Made by a program: the position numbers and the translations under genes
Shown: piece by piece, positions 50,516 to 61,394 of the stretch
How the letters are laid out: each line of letters starts with the position of its first letter
Position numbering within the stretch: the stretch's first letter is position 1
Sequence record: SRR22947727_2831
DNA length: 64,000 nt
Direction: 5' to 3' (one strand)
Notes under the pieces: generated by a model
The model's database searches: none
Told to the model about the DNA's origin: nothing
The model's input: only the letters and a program-made list of their open reading frames with translations

Positions 50516-51727
50516 GTGATGTCCGCCACCTCGAATGACTCCTCCCCGGAAGCTCCCTGGTCGATCCAGAAGCTCTCCGAGTTGATGGGCGGATATATCG
50601 AACGACTTGGCCCGGTGTGGGTGGAGGCAGAGATTACCCAGTGGGGACAATCCGCCGGAAACATCTACGGAAAACTCTCCGACACTGAAGCTGATGCCCA
50701 GGTCTCCATCACCATTTGGCGTCGCACCCAGGAGAACATTCCCGAGGGGCTCAACCAGGGCGATCGGGTAATCGCCCAGATTAAGCCCAGCTGGTGGGTC
50801 AAGGGTGGAACACTCAGCATGAATGTGCTGGAGATGCGTCACACCGGCATCGGCGAAATCTTGGAGAAGCTTGCGAAGCTGAGAGCTCAGCTCGCCGAAG
50901 AAGGGCTATTCGACCCGGAGCGGAAAAAGGCACTGCCGTTCCTCCCAGGTGTCATTGGTCTCGTCACAGGAAAAGACTCCGATGCGGAAAAAGATGTCCT
51001 GACCAACGCACGGCTTCGCTGGCCCGAGGTCGAATTTGTGGTCGAGCATGCTGCAGTTCAGGGCGACCGCTGTGTCACCGAAGTGATGGCGGCACTGGAG
51101 AAGCTCGAGAACAATCCCGACGTCGAGGTCATCATCGTGGCGCGTGGTGGTGGGGACTTCATGAATCTCCTCCCATTCAGTGACGAGCGGCTCATCCGCC
51201 TGGCCGCGACCCTGACGAAGCCCCTCGTGAGCGCTATCGGGCACGAAGCCGATCGACCGATTCTGGATGACGTCGCCGACCTCCGAGCCTCCACCCCCAC
51301 CGATGCAGCAAAACGTGTGGTTCCCGATGTGCAGGCCGAAAAGCAGTTGATCGAGGAAGCCAGACACCGCCTCGATACGAAACTCTCCGCATTGATTCAA
51401 TCCGAAATCGAACGGCTGGATTCTTTTCGCACCCGACCAGCGCTCGCGGACCCTCACACTCTGATTGACCGAAAGTCGGAGGAGCTCCTCCAAATAGTGG
51501 CCAAGGGCGCTGACATCTCCTCGCTGGTCATCGAGCGCCATCAAGCCCAGCTTGCGCAGTTGAGTGGGTCCTTGCGCGGGCTTTCCCCCCAGAACACCCT
51601 CGATCGCGGCTACGCGATCGTGCGGGACAAGGACGGCCACGTCATCTCCCGCGCTGAGCAGGTCAGCTCGGGAGATGCTCTGCGCCTCCGGGTCAGTGAG
51701 GGCGAGATCGACACTCATGTGGACTAA
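50516..51727 (+). CDS. xseA: Exodeoxyribonuclease VII large subunit
   Basis: OB fold, EEGLFD, ARGGG, SAIGHE, RASTPT and LDRGYAIV motifs. Confidence 0.96.
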   Translation: MMSATSNDSSPEAPWSIQKLSELMGGYIERLGPVWVEAEITQWGQSAGNIYGKLSDTEADAQVSITIWRRTQENIPEGLNQGDRVIAQIKPSWWVKGGTLSMNVLEMRHTGIGEILEKLAKLRAQLAEEGLFDPERKKALPFLPGVIGLVTGKDSDAEKDVLTNARLRWPEVEFVVEHAAVQGDRCVTEVMAALEKLENNPDVEVIIVARGGGDFMNLLPFSDERLIRLAATLTKPLVSAIGHEADRPILDDVADLRASTPTDAAKRVVPDVQAEKQLIEEARHRLDTKLSALIQSEIERLDSFRTRPALADPHTLIDRKSEELLQIVAKGADISSLVIERHQAQLAQLSGSLRGLSPQNTLDRGYAIVRDKDGHVISRAEQVSSGDALRLRVSEGEIDTHVD

Positions 51728-51751
51728 AGCCCGCCGATTAGACTGAGGGAT

Positions 51752-51976
51752 ATGAGCGAGAAGACCACACCCGATGAGATCCAGGCCATGTCCTATGAGC
51801 AGGCCCGGGATGAACTGGTCGCAGTGGTGGGGAAACTCGAACAGGGTGGCATCACCCTGGAGGAATCCATTGGTTTGTGGGAACGAGGCGAAGCTCTCGC
51901 CGCTCGCTGTGAAGAGTGGCTGGTGGGCGCCAGAGCGCGCCTCGACGCCGCCAAGAAAGCCCGCGAAGAGTCCTAA
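51752..51976 (+). CDS. xseB: Exodeoxyribonuclease VII small subunit
   Basis: SYEQARDEL...LE...LEES...WERGEAL pattern. Confidence 0.95.
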   Translation: MSEKTTPDEIQAMSYEQARDELVAVVGKLEQGGITLEESIGLWERGEALAARCEEWLVGARARLDAAKKAREES

Positions 51977-52611
51977 TGGCCCGAACCATCATCACCTCGG
52001 GGCCTGAAGACCCGGAGGACAAGGCAGCACGGTTGGCCAAGGCTCGCGCTGAGCGCAAAGCCCGTCAGAATATGCGCAATCTGGTGTGGTCGATGTTGGC
52101 GTCCTTGGGCGTCGTGGCACTGCTGGTGATTGTGGTCGTGCGCCCCGACACAGACCTCGTGCAACAAATTGACTGGCGAGAGGTGGCGGAGCAAAGCGCA
52201 GACCAGCTCCCGGGTGAACCTGTCACCCCCATGCTCTCTGATCTCTGGACGTCAAACAGGGCCGAGGTGACCTCAGAACCAGGGTCCGAGGTGACCTGGT
52301 CGATTGGTTTGCTGGGACCAGAGGACACCTACGTCTTTGTCGACCAGGGCTTTGGCGCTAACGAAGCATGGGTGGCTCAGCGAGTGGAGCAATCTGCCAG
52401 CACCGGCGCAGTCCTTTTGGGGTACAGCCCCAACCAAGTCGAGTGGGTGGAATATGACCGACGAGACATTGATCCTGGAGGCAATAACGCCTACGTCGTT
52501 GTCCTGGAACAGGATGACAGCATCGTGGTGGTCGGAGGAACTAACGCCAAAGGGGTGAACGAGGTCGCGAACGAAGTGTCCTGGCGCCTGGCAGAAGACA
52601 GCCTTCGGTGA
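51976..52611 (+). CDS. DUF4245-family membrane protein
   Basis: NLVWSMLASLGVVALLVIVVVRP TM segment and WTSNRA; usual neighbour of xseB. Start trimmed to ATG 51976. Confidence 0.75.
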   Translation: MARTIITSGPEDPEDKAARLAKARAERKARQNMRNLVWSMLASLGVVALLVIVVVRPDTDLVQQIDWREVAEQSADQLPGEPVTPMLSDLWTSNRAEVTSEPGSEVTWSIGLLGPEDTYVFVDQGFGANEAWVAQRVEQSASTGAVLLGYSPNQVEWVEYDRRDIDPGGNNAYVVVLEQDDSIVVVGGTNAKGVNEVANEVSWRLAEDSLR

Positions 52612-53252
52612 CCGCGCCAGCACTCACCCCCGCTGTCGCGTGGCGGCGGATGAAAGCCGGCAACGACAGATTTATTGAGGGAGTTCAGCGCCATCCCAGG
52701 CAAGATGCTGAGCGCCGGAGTGAGATTGAGAGCTCTCAGTCCCCCCAAGCAGCAGTCTTTGGCTGCGCAGATTCGCGCATCGCGGCGGAAATCATTTTCG
52801 ACAAGGGCCTCGGAGATCTTTTTGTGGTGCGTAACGCCGGGCAGGTGATTTCCTCCTCGGTGATCGGGTCCCTGGAGTATGCCGTCGAGATTGTGGGGGT
52901 TCCCCTGATTGTGGTGCTCTCCCACGACAACTGTGGGGCCGTATCCGCCGCTCTGGAGCAAGACCACCCGGACTCCACACCCTTGCCACCCCATATTGCC
53001 GCCATCACAGATGCAATTGCTCCTGCGGTCACTCGAGTCCGGCTATCCCGAGGCCTCAAACCCGGTGAACTCGACGACCCCGAAGCCGTGGGGCAGGAGC
53101 ACATGCGAGACACGGTGTCAGTGCTCTTGGCCTCGAGTGAGCTCATCAGTGACGCAGTAGCACTCGGTAAGCTTGCGGTGGTGGGAGCCAACTACACCCT
53201 GGCGGAGGGGCGCGTGTCCCCGTCAGTGGTCATCGGCGCATTGGACGAGTAG
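52608..53252 (+). CDS. Beta-carbonic anhydrase
   Basis: [20 protein letters not shown] and HDNCGAV motifs. Confidence 0.94.
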   Translation: MTAPALTPAVAWRRMKAGNDRFIEGVQRHPRQDAERRSEIESSQSPQAAVFGCADSRIAAEIIFDKGLGDLFVVRNAGQVISSSVIGSLEYAVEIVGVPLIVVLSHDNCGAVSAALEQDHPDSTPLPPHIAAITDAIAPAVTRVRLSRGLKPGELDDPEAVGQEHMRDTVSVLLASSELISDAVALGKLAVVGANYTLAEGRVSPSVVIGALDE

Positions 53253-53272
53253 AAAGATCAAGGATTGACCTC

Positions 53273-54673
53273 ATGAGCGAGTCGACTGAGTTCCGTATCG
53301 AGCACGACACCATGGGTGAGGTCAAGGTCCCCGTCAACGCCCTCTACCGGGCGCAAACCCAGCGCGCCGTGGAGAACTTCCCCATCTCAGGACGGGGCCT
53401 CGAGCCCGCTCAGATTGTGGCACTGGCTCACATCAAGCGCGCGGCAGCGCTGGTCAACAAAGATCTTGGCATCGTCGATGCCGCCATCGCCGATGCCATT
53501 GTGGCAGCGGCGGAGCAGATCATCGGTGGAGCTCACCACGACCATTTCCCCGTCGACACCTACCAAACCGGTTCAGGGACCTCCTCGAACATGAACATGA
53601 ACGAGGTGTTAGCCACCCTCGCCACCACCCACGGCGGTGTGGAGGTTCACCCGAACGACCATGTGAACGCCTCGCAGTCCTCCAATGACGTGTTCCCCAC
53701 ATCTGTGCACGTGGCAGTCACCGAAGCGCTACTGAACTCCCTCATCCCAGCGCTGGATTACCTCGCGAAAGCGTTGGAGGACAAGGCACAGCTGTGGAAG
53801 ACCATGGTCAAAGCAGGTCGCACCCACTTGATGGATGCCACCCCGGTAACGCTCGGCCAGGAATTTGCCGGCTATGCGCGACAGGTTCGACTCGGCATTG
53901 AGCGCATCGAGAGCGCGATTCCTCGCGTTGCCGATGTGCCCCTTGGGGGAACCGCCACCGGCACGGGAATCAACACTCCCCTGGGCTTCTCCGAGAAAGT
54001 CATCTCCGAGCTTGCGAAGGCGACCTCGTTGCCCATCACCGAGGCTAAAGATCACTTCGAAGCCCAAGGGGCAAGGGATGGTCTGGTGGAGGCATCGGGC
54101 GCTCTTCGAATCATTGCGGTGTCCCTGACCAAGATTTGTAATGACATCCGGTGGATGGGCTCAGGCCCCAACACAGGCCTTGGCGAGCTTCACATCCCTG
54201 ACCTGCAGCCAGGAAGCTCCATCATGCCCGGCAAGGTGAACCCTGTCGTCCCCGAAGCAGTCCTGATGGTGTGTGCACGGGTGATCGGTAATGACCAGAC
54301 CGTGGCATGGGCCGGAGCGTCAGGAAACTTTGAACTCAACGTCGCTATCCCCGTGATGGGCACCTCGGTGCTCGAGTCCATTCGCCTGCTGGCGAATTCC
54401 ACCCGGGTGCTGGCCGACAAGACGGTCGTGGGCCTAGAGGCCAACGAGGAGCGTGCTCGCGCTCTCGCGGAATCGTCTCCCTCGATCGTGACACCGCTGA
54501 ATCGCGTGATCGGCTACGAAGCTGCTGCGAAGGTGGCCAAATACTCTGTTGAACACAAGAAGACCGTGCGGGAATCGGTCATCGAGATGGGTTTTGTGGA
54601 GCGCGGTGAGATCACCGAAGCAGAGCTTGATCTGGCACTCGATGTGCTGAAGATGACAGCACCCGGTCTTTAG
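53273..54673 (+). CDS. fumC: Class II fumarate hydratase
   Basis: [19 protein letters not shown] and [11 protein letters not shown] signature. Confidence 0.97.
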   Translation: MSESTEFRIEHDTMGEVKVPVNALYRAQTQRAVENFPISGRGLEPAQIVALAHIKRAAALVNKDLGIVDAAIADAIVAAAEQIIGGAHHDHFPVDTYQTGSGTSSNMNMNEVLATLATTHGGVEVHPNDHVNASQSSNDVFPTSVHVAVTEALLNSLIPALDYLAKALEDKAQLWKTMVKAGRTHLMDATPVTLGQEFAGYARQVRLGIERIESAIPRVADVPLGGTATGTGINTPLGFSEKVISELAKATSLPITEAKDHFEAQGARDGLVEASGALRIIAVSLTKICNDIRWMGSGPNTGLGELHIPDLQPGSSIMPGKVNPVVPEAVLMVCARVIGNDQTVAWAGASGNFELNVAIPVMGTSVLESIRLLANSTRVLADKTVVGLEANEERARALAESSPSIVTPLNRVIGYEAAAKVAKYSVEHKKTVRESVIEMGFVERGEITEAELDLALDVLKMTAPGL

Positions 54674-56019
54674 GCGACCTGGTTACCCTCTTCCAACAAA
54701 TCGGTCACCAAAGCGGCGATAGCACTGCGCTCTGAGCGCATCAGGGTCAGGTGCGCAAACAAAGACTGACCCTTCAGGGCTTCAATAACGCTGGCGACGC
54801 CGTCATGGCGTCCCACCCGAAGGTTGTCTCGCTGAGCAACATCGTGGGTGAGGACGACACGAGAGTTCTGCCCGATACGAGAGAGCATCGTGAGTAGCAC
54901 GTTTCGCTCCAGAGACTGAGCCTCGTCCACGATGACGAAGGCATCGTGGAGGGATCGTCCTCGGATGTGGGTGAGGGGAAGAACTTCGAGCAGGCCCCGG
55001 TCCATTATCTCTTCCACCACGTTGTGAGACACCACGGAGCTCAAGGTGTCGAAGGTGGCTTCAGCCCACGGGTTCATCTTCTCGGTGGCGTCACCGGGCA
55101 GGTAACCAAGGTCCTGGCCGCCCACTGCGTAAAGGGGGCGGAACACCATGATCTTACGGTGCAATTGGCGCTCCAGCACGGCCTCCAGGCCTGCGCACAA
55201 AGCCAAAGCGGACTTACCCGTCCCAGCGCGTCCGCCGAGAGACACAATGCCAATGGTGGGGTCGAGAAGCACGTCGATAGCCAGTCTCTGCTCCGCAGAG
55301 CGGCCATTGAGACCAAACAGGTCACGATCCCCTCGCACCACAGAGATAACTCCCGGTGAGGTGATGCGGCCGAGAGCGGACCCACGCTCGGAGGAGATGA
55401 CCAGGGAGGTGTTGACCGGCATGTCTTTGACGGTCTTGGACTTCATGGTCTCGGCGTCATAGAGCTCCGCCATCTCATCGGCACCCATCGCGATTTCTGC
55501 GATACCGGTCCAGCCAGACTCTGGTGCGAGCTCGGCGCGGTACTCCTCAGCGGCGAGACCCACTGAGGCGGCCTTGACGCGCATGGGGAGGTCCTTGGAA
55601 ACCACCGTGACCTCGAGGCCCTCGTTGGCGAGGTTCAAAGCAACAGAGAGGATTCTGGAGTCGTTATCTCCCAACTGGAGACCGCTCGGGAGAACAGACT
55701 GGTTGGAGTGGTTGAGCTCCACCCGCAGTGAGCCACCCTCCCCCACGGCAATCGGAAAATCCAAACGCTCGTGCTTCGAGCGAAGCTCGTCAAGGTTCCG
55801 CAGAGCTTGCCTGGCGAAATAACCAATCTCTGGATCGTGGCGTTTCTTCTCGAGCTCCGAGATCACCACCACAGGAAGGACAACCTGGTGTTCCGCGAAG
55901 CGGAATATGGCTCTCGGATCTGAGAGCAACACCGAGGTGTCGAGGACGTAAGTCCGCTCCCCCGTCTTCTTTTTCTTGCTTGTGGATTTTGACGTTGTAG
56001 GGGTAGCGGATTTTTCCAC
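54670..56019 (-). CDS. PhoH2-type PIN-domain ATPase
   Basis: PIN domain ([11 protein letters not shown]) followed by PhoH ATPase ([17 protein letters not shown]). Confidence 0.93.
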   Translation of the reverse strand: MEKSATPTTSKSTSKKKKTGERTYVLDTSVLLSDPRAIFRFAEHQVVLPVVVISELEKKRHDPEIGYFARQALRNLDELRSKHERLDFPIAVGEGGSLRVELNHSNQSVLPSGLQLGDNDSRILSVALNLANEGLEVTVVSKDLPMRVKAASVGLAAEEYRAELAPESGWTGIAEIAMGADEMAELYDAETMKSKTVKDMPVNTSLVISSERGSALGRITSPGVISVVRGDRDLFGLNGRSAEQRLAIDVLLDPTIGIVSLGGRAGTGKSALALCAGLEAVLERQLHRKIMVFRPLYAVGGQDLGYLPGDATEKMNPWAEATFDTLSSVVSHNVVEEIMDRGLLEVLPLTHIRGRSLHDAFVIVDEAQSLERNVLLTMLSRIGQNSRVVLTHDVAQRDNLRVGRHDGVASVIEALKGQSLFAHLTLMRSERSAIAALVTDLLEEGNQVA

Positions 56020-56132
56020 GAAGGCTCCTTAGCCAAGTTGAGAACCGATGACTAGAAAATACGCGAGCAACGAAAGAACAGAGGTGAGTGACACGCCTTC
56101 AACTATTGGACGAAGGTTAACTTTTGGAGGAG

Positions 56133-56918
56133 TCACTGCCCATAACGCCGTTGCCTCGTGCCAAAGTCTCGAAGAGCGCGGAGAAAGTCAATCTCTCGGA
56201 GGTCTGGGCCGAGCGCTTCCACGAAGTAGAACTCGGAGTGAGCGCTCTGCCAGAGCATGAAATCACTGAGACGCTGCTCCCCTGAGGTGCGAATGACTAG
56301 ATCAGGATCGGGTTGCCCCTGGGTATAGAGGTGATCGGCAATGGCCTGAACGCTAATGGACTCGGGAAGATTCGCCAGTGTCCCCCCGGAGTCTTTGTGT
56401 TTTTCCACGAGCCTCGCCACTGCTTGGGTGATCTCTTCTCGACCCCCATAGCCGACCGCCAAGTTGATGTGGAGTCCTGAGTTTCGAGAAGTGCGCTCCG
56501 TGGCACCCGAGAGGGTGTCTTGCAGGTGAGGCGGGAGGGCTTCTCGATTTCCCACGTGCTTCACTCGCCAGTTGGAGAACCTGGAGAGTTGATCAGCGAG
56601 GTTCTCGATAATGAGGGCTAGGTCGTCAAGCTCGCTCGGGTCCCTGGCTCCAAGGTTGTCAGAGGAGAGCAAATAGAGGGTGACAACCTCAACACCCTGC
56701 TCTTCACACCAGCTCAGGAACTCGAGAATCTTGTCGGCTCCAGCGCGGTGGCCGTGAGCGCTGGATTCCAGCGCTCGCAGTTTTGCCCAGCGCCGGTTGC
56801 CATCGAGAATCATGGCGACGTGGTGGGGCTTAGCGAGCCCCTCAATTTCTTTGATGATGCGTCGGCGGTAGAGGCGATAGAGCAAACCTTCACCTAGGAG
56901 ATACCGAAGCCACTTCAC
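56133..56918 (-). CDS. cis-isoprenyl diphosphate synthase (UppS family, Rv1086-like)
   Basis: HVAMILDGNRRWA, YGGREEI and PDLVIRTSGEQRLSDF motifs. Confidence 0.93.
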   Translation of the reverse strand: MKWLRYLLGEGLLYRLYRRRIIKEIEGLAKPHHVAMILDGNRRWAKLRALESSAHGHRAGADKILEFLSWCEEQGVEVVTLYLLSSDNLGARDPSELDDLALIIENLADQLSRFSNWRVKHVGNREALPPHLQDTLSGATERTSRNSGLHINLAVGYGGREEITQAVARLVEKHKDSGGTLANLPESISVQAIADHLYTQGQPDPDLVIRTSGEQRLSDFMLWQSAHSEFYFVEALGPDLREIDFLRALRDFGTRQRRYGQ

Positions 56919-57004
56919 AGAACAACGGTAGTACTTTCTTTCTGGCTTGGTTACTGCCTACAACAACGTCTGAAATTCCTAGGGTCTAGCCATACAGTGA
57001 AGGC

Positions 57005-57742
57005 ATGAGTACGACCGGGAGCGAGCCCACGGACAACGACACCACGACCGATGGTCTGCATATTCCCCTGCTCGAGGAATCACTCGCGTATGAGAGGGCC
57101 GAGCCCAAGCCCTCGTGGCGAGGGTGGATTCACCTGGGGATTCTCCCGCTGGCGATTGCCGCGGGAATCGTCTTGATTGTTCTAGCCGATGGGGTGGGAG
57201 CCACCGTGACCAGCGCCATCTTTGCCGCGTCCTCGTGGTTACTCTTTGGGATTTCTGGCACCTATCACCGGTTCAACTGGGGTCCGAAAGCCAAAGTGAT
57301 TCTCAAACGACTGGATCACGCGAACATCTTTTTGCTCATTGCAGGGACGTATACGCCGATTGCCTGGTTGGCACTCCCCCAAGACAAAGCAGTGCTTCTG
57401 CTGAGCCTCATTTGGGGTGGGGCGCTGTTGGGGATTGGTTTCCGGGTGTTCTGGATCAATGCACCGCGGTGGCTCTATGTGCCGATCTATCTGGGGCTCG
57501 GATGGGCCGCAGTTCTCTACATCAATGATCTCTTTGCCGCGAACCTGGCGACCATGATTCTGGTGATTGTCGGAGGCCTCGCCTACTCAGTGGGTGCCGT
57601 GGTCTATGGGATGAAGAAGCCGAACCCCAGCCCGAAGCATTTCGGCTTCCATGAGATCTTCCACGTGCTAACGGTCGTTGCGTTTCTCTCGCACTGGACC
57701 GCAGTGCTCTTGATCGCTATCGATCCTCCGCTGGCGGGGTAA
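57005..57742 (+). CDS. Hemolysin III/TrhA (PAQR) family membrane protein
   Basis: RLDHANIFLLIAGTYTP and FGFHEIFH motifs; about 7 TM segments. Confidence 0.94.
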   Translation: MSTTGSEPTDNDTTTDGLHIPLLEESLAYERAEPKPSWRGWIHLGILPLAIAAGIVLIVLADGVGATVTSAIFAASSWLLFGISGTYHRFNWGPKAKVILKRLDHANIFLLIAGTYTPIAWLALPQDKAVLLLSLIWGGALLGIGFRVFWINAPRWLYVPIYLGLGWAAVLYINDLFAANLATMILVIVGGLAYSVGAVVYGMKKPNPSPKHFGFHEIFHVLTVVAFLSHWTAVLLIAIDPPLAG

Positions 57743-57947
57743 CACCATCGAGCTTGTCCGCAATCTCCTGGCGATAGCGGACGCGTCGAACACGACGCAC
57801 CATATCGAGAACCAGAAGCAAGACCGCAATCATGACCCCAAAGGTCATGATGAAACCAATGACACCTGGTGTCACGGAGTTGGGGTCCACCTCAATGGCG
57901 GGAATAAGGTCCTCCTCCATCAGAACAAGGCTGGTTAGAAACCTCAT
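57717..57947 (-). CDS. Small single-TM hypothetical protein
   Basis: DPNSVTPGVIGFIMTFGVMIAVLLLVLDMVRRVRRVRYR: TM segment followed by a positive-inside tail. Start trimmed to ATG 57947. Confidence 0.7.
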   Translation of the reverse strand: MRFLTSLVLMEEDLIPAIEVDPNSVTPGVIGFIMTFGVMIAVLLLVLDMVRRVRRVRYRQEIADKLDGVTPPAEDR

Positions 57948-58019
57948 GGTGGTGATTCCCCGCTTCTTCTCACGCTGGATTACTACTCTGGTTCTAGCGT
58001 AGTGAGAGAAGACCTGGAG

Positions 58020-58424
58020 ATGACCGAGACACCAACCCGCCTGGATGAGCGCTACGGCAGAACTGCCCGCTCCTCCCGGAACAACAAAGCCATTGGCATC
58101 GTCACCGCTGTGGGATTCACCATGGTGCTCGGTGCATGGTTGTGGTGGGGTGGGGTGTTGGAGACACCGTCTCAATTGCAGTACCGGGATGTGGCACACA
58201 CCATCGTCGATGAGACCGAAGTCTCGGTCACCTATGAGATCACCGCTGCTCCTGGAACCGAGGTGACCTGTGCTGTTCAAGCACTGAATGCCTCCTACGG
58301 AATTGTCGGCTGGCGGATCGTGGACATCCCCGTGAGTGAGCGCTGGACGAGGGTCTTTGACACCACCCTTCGAACCAGTGAACCTGCTGTGACCGGGTTG
58401 CTCTACGAGTGTTGGTTGCCGTAA
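58020..58424 (+). CDS. DUF4307-family membrane protein
   Basis: LDERYGR, TM segment, CAVQAL...IVGW and C-terminal CW; lies upstream of greA. Confidence 0.8.
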   Translation: MTETPTRLDERYGRTARSSRNNKAIGIVTAVGFTMVLGAWLWWGGVLETPSQLQYRDVAHTIVDETEVSVTYEITAAPGTEVTCAVQALNASYGIVGWRIVDIPVSERWTRVFDTTLRTSEPAVTGLLYECWLP

Positions 58425-58439
58425 TCTGCCGGGGAACAC

Positions 58440-58473
58440 AAACCGGCCCCACGGTGAGGCCGGTTTCTTCATT
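58440..58473 (+). terminator. Intrinsic-terminator-like hairpin in the greA leader
   Basis: AAACCGGCC-CCACGGTGA-GGCCGGTTT followed by CTTCATT. Confidence 0.55.
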
Positions 58474-58487
58474 ACGAGGAGACACTG

Positions 58488-58982
58488 ATGGCATCCACCG
58501 AGTCTGAGAACACGGTCTGGCTCACTCAAGAGGCGTATGACCGTCTTGCCCTCGAGTTAGAGCAGCTGACCACTGTCGGCCGTGCCGAGATTTCCAAGCG
58601 CATTGAGATCGCCCGTGAAGAGGGCGATCTCAAAGAGAACGGTGGCTACCACGCGGCTAAGGACGAGCAGGCCAAAATGGAGGGCCGTATTCGCACCCTC
58701 ACCGCGATGCTAAAGCACGCCATCGTGGGGGATCATCCCGCCAGCTCCGGTGTGGTGGAGCCGGGCACTGTCGTGACCGCTCACATCCACGGTGATGAGG
58801 AGAAGTTCCTGCTCGGGTCACGGGAACTCGCCGGTGACACAGACTTGGATGTCTACTCCGAGCAGAGCCCACTGGGTCAGGCCATCATGGGGCTGAAGAT
58901 CGGTGAGAGCAGCACCTACACAGCACCCAATGGTGCTGAGATTGCCGTCGAAATCATCGACGTCGAGACCTTTATTCCCTAG
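58488..58982 (+). CDS. greA: Transcription elongation factor GreA
   Basis: AREEGDLKENGGYHAAK and SPLG motifs. Confidence 0.97.
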   Translation: MASTESENTVWLTQEAYDRLALELEQLTTVGRAEISKRIEIAREEGDLKENGGYHAAKDEQAKMEGRIRTLTAMLKHAIVGDHPASSGVVEPGTVVTAHIHGDEEKFLLGSRELAGDTDLDVYSEQSPLGQAIMGLKIGESSTYTAPNGAEIAVEIIDVETFIP

Positions 58983-60235
58983 AACTCAGTCCTTGGTTCA
59001 TAGCCCTCATCGCGCAGGGCTTTCAGTACCTGTTCTGCGTGCTCGGGTCCACGAGTTTCAATATGAAGCTCCAGTTCCACCTGGCTGATCTGCAAACCAG
59101 TGCCGTGACGGGTGTGGAGCACCTCCACGACGTTGGCGTTGTTGTCCGAGACAATCTTGGAGGTTACCGCAAGCTGACCGGGGCGATCAGGCAGCGGAAT
59201 ACGCATCTTCAGGTATCGACCAGCACCGGCTAGTCCCCTCGAGATCACCCGCTCCATGATCATCGGGTCAATGTTTCCGCCACTCAAGATGACGGCTGTG
59301 GGGCCCTCAGCCTTGATTTTGCCCGCCAAGATGGCGGCAACACCCGCTGCTCCGGAGGGCTCAACGACCATCTTCGCGCGCTCCAGCAACACCAGAATGG
59401 CCCGGGCGGTTTCGTCGTCACTGACGGTGACGACCTCATCGACGGTGTCTTTGACGATGTCGAAGTTCAAAGCTCCTGGCTTCCCCACAGCAATTCCATC
59501 GGAGATGGTGGGCTTCACCTGAATCTCGATGGGGTGTCCCTCTTTGAGGGACTGGGGGTAGGGGGCAGCGTTCTCGGCTTGAACGCCGATGATGCGAATA
59601 CTGTGGCCAAGCTTTGCGGCCTGTTGCTTCATAGCACTGGCAACACCCGCGATGAGTCCTCCACCACCGATTGGAACAATGACGGTGCGAACATCGGGTT
59701 GCTGCTCCAAAATCTCCAACCCCACTGTTCCCTGCCCGGCAATGATGTCGGGGTGGTCAAAGGGAGGAATACGAACAGCACCGGTGGTCTCGGCAAACTC
59801 TTTGGCTTTGGCGAAGGGCTCGAGCATGTCATCCCCACCGAGGACAACATCAGCTCCATACGCTTTCGTGGCTTGCAGTTTGGGCAACGCAACTCCCATC
59901 GGGGTGAAGATGGTCGCCTTAATGCCCTGCTCTTTGGCGGCAAAGGCAACGCCTTGGGCGTGGTTGCCGGCGCTCGCCGCCACCACGCCTTTGGCTTTTT
60001 GCTCGTCACTGAGTTTGGAGATGCAGTAGTAAGCGCCGCGAATCTTGTAAGCACCGGTGCGCTGAAGGTTTTCACACTTCAAATACACCGGGACACCCAG
60101 AACTTCCTCTAGGTACCGGGAGTACTCCATCGGTGTGGTCTGTGCCACGCCTTCGAGGACGCGTTTCGCGTCCTCGAAATCAGCCAGAGTGGGACCGGGG
60201 AGCGCAACGTCAGTCTCGTTATCCAGAAGAGTCAT
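58979..60235 (-). CDS. ilvA: Threonine ammonia-lyase (single ACT domain)
   Basis: KCENLQRTGAYKIRGA, SAGNHAQG, GGGGL, SGGN and ACT domain (DRPGQL). Confidence 0.94.
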   Translation of the reverse strand: MTLLDNETDVALPGPTLADFEDAKRVLEGVAQTTPMEYSRYLEEVLGVPVYLKCENLQRTGAYKIRGAYYCISKLSDEQKAKGVVAASAGNHAQGVAFAAKEQGIKATIFTPMGVALPKLQATKAYGADVVLGGDDMLEPFAKAKEFAETTGAVRIPPFDHPDIIAGQGTVGLEILEQQPDVRTVIVPIGGGGLIAGVASAMKQQAAKLGHSIRIIGVQAENAAPYPQSLKEGHPIEIQVKPTISDGIAVGKPGALNFDIVKDTVDEVVTVSDDETARAILVLLERAKMVVEPSGAAGVAAILAGKIKAEGPTAVILSGGNIDPMIMERVISRGLAGAGRYLKMRIPLPDRPGQLAVTSKIVSDNNANVVEVLHTRHGTGLQISQVELELHIETRGPEHAEQVLKALRDEGYEPRTEF

Positions 60236-61359
60236 CTGACCACCAGATTCTCGTTAGTCGGAAGAGCATCAGGGTCTCCCCGCCAGTCTCCCGCTGCCAA
60301 GTACCTAATGACCACGTTGGTGAATGCCACCACGGGAACAGCGAAGAGCACTCCCGCGATTCCCGCGAGATATCCACCGGCAGCAATGGACAAAACGACG
60401 GCGAGGGGGTGAATGCGAAGAGCCGGTCCCATGATCAACGGCTGGAGAATCTGACCCTCCAACTGCTGAACCGCCAACACAATAATCAACATGATGAGGG
60501 CTGTTACCGGACCTTCATAGACCAGCGCGACCAAGATGGCGAGCGCTGCCGCCACGGTGCCACCCACGATGGGGACAAAAGCACCCAAGAACACTGCCAC
60601 CGCAATGGGAACAACCAAGGGGAGGCCTAAGAAGAACGCGCCCAATCCGATTCCGAGGGCATCCACGAACGCCACCAGAATCTGGACCTTCACAAACTCG
60701 ATCAGAGTGTTCCAGCCCGAGCGGGAGGCACCGAGGATGGCTGGTCTCGCAAGTTTGGGGAACCAGGAGACGACATACTCCCAAATCCGAGCTCCGTCGT
60801 GGATGAAGAAGATCAAGGCGAAGATCGCGATACCGGCACCCACCAACCAAGAACCTACCGAGGAGGTCACCGACAGTGCCCCGGAGAGGATCCACGAGGA
60901 ATCGATATTGAATTCGGTGGCGAGCGCCGTGACCCATTCGTTGAGTTGCGCCTCAGTCACCTGCAAGGGTGAATCGAGGAGGTACTGGACGAAATCGTCA
61001 TAGGCGAGGATTGTCCGGGCCTGAAGCGATTCCCAGCCTCGAATCACCTCGTTGATGACGAGGTAAAAGAGCCCACCGACGGCCGCAAGAAAAACAATGA
61101 TCGTGGTCAGGGTCGCGAGCCACCGCGGAAAGCGCAATTTCCGAAGGCCAACCGACACTGGCGCCACCAAAGCAGCCAACAGAACCGCGATAAACAGCGG
61201 AATAATCAAGAAACTGAGTTGGGCCACCACAAAAAGCCCGAGCGTAATGGCTGCAGCAATGAGCAAGAGGCGCCATGACCACTGCGTGGCGCGCTCCAGA
61301 CCGGCAGGAATCACCACACGGGGACTCTGCACTCTGGAGCTCTTGCGCGACGCAATCAT
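60232..61359 (-). CDS. AI-2E family transporter
   Basis: FVPIVG, QQLEGQILQP, HPL and GVLFAVP motifs; multiple TM segments. Confidence 0.92.
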   Translation of the reverse strand: MIASRKSSRVQSPRVVIPAGLERATQWSWRLLLIAAAITLGLFVVAQLSFLIIPLFIAVLLAALVAPVSVGLRKLRFPRWLATLTTIIVFLAAVGGLFYLVINEVIRGWESLQARTILAYDDFVQYLLDSPLQVTEAQLNEWVTALATEFNIDSSWILSGALSVTSSVGSWLVGAGIAIFALIFFIHDGARIWEYVVSWFPKLARPAILGASRSGWNTLIEFVKVQILVAFVDALGIGLGAFFLGLPLVVPIAVAVFLGAFVPIVGGTVAAALAILVALVYEGPVTALIMLIIVLAVQQLEGQILQPLIMGPALRIHPLAVVLSIAAGGYLAGIAGVLFAVPVVAFTNVVIRYLAAGDWRGDPDALPTNENLVVR

Positions 61360-61394
61360 GCGTTTAGTCTAGGCGCGATGCCCGTTAGGCACAT

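Noticed and set aside
56020-56132. Possible sRNA or antitoxin upstream of the PIN-PhoH gene
   Set aside because: Only a weak 5-bp stem (CCTTC/GAAGG) and no convincing same-strand ORF; insufficient support.
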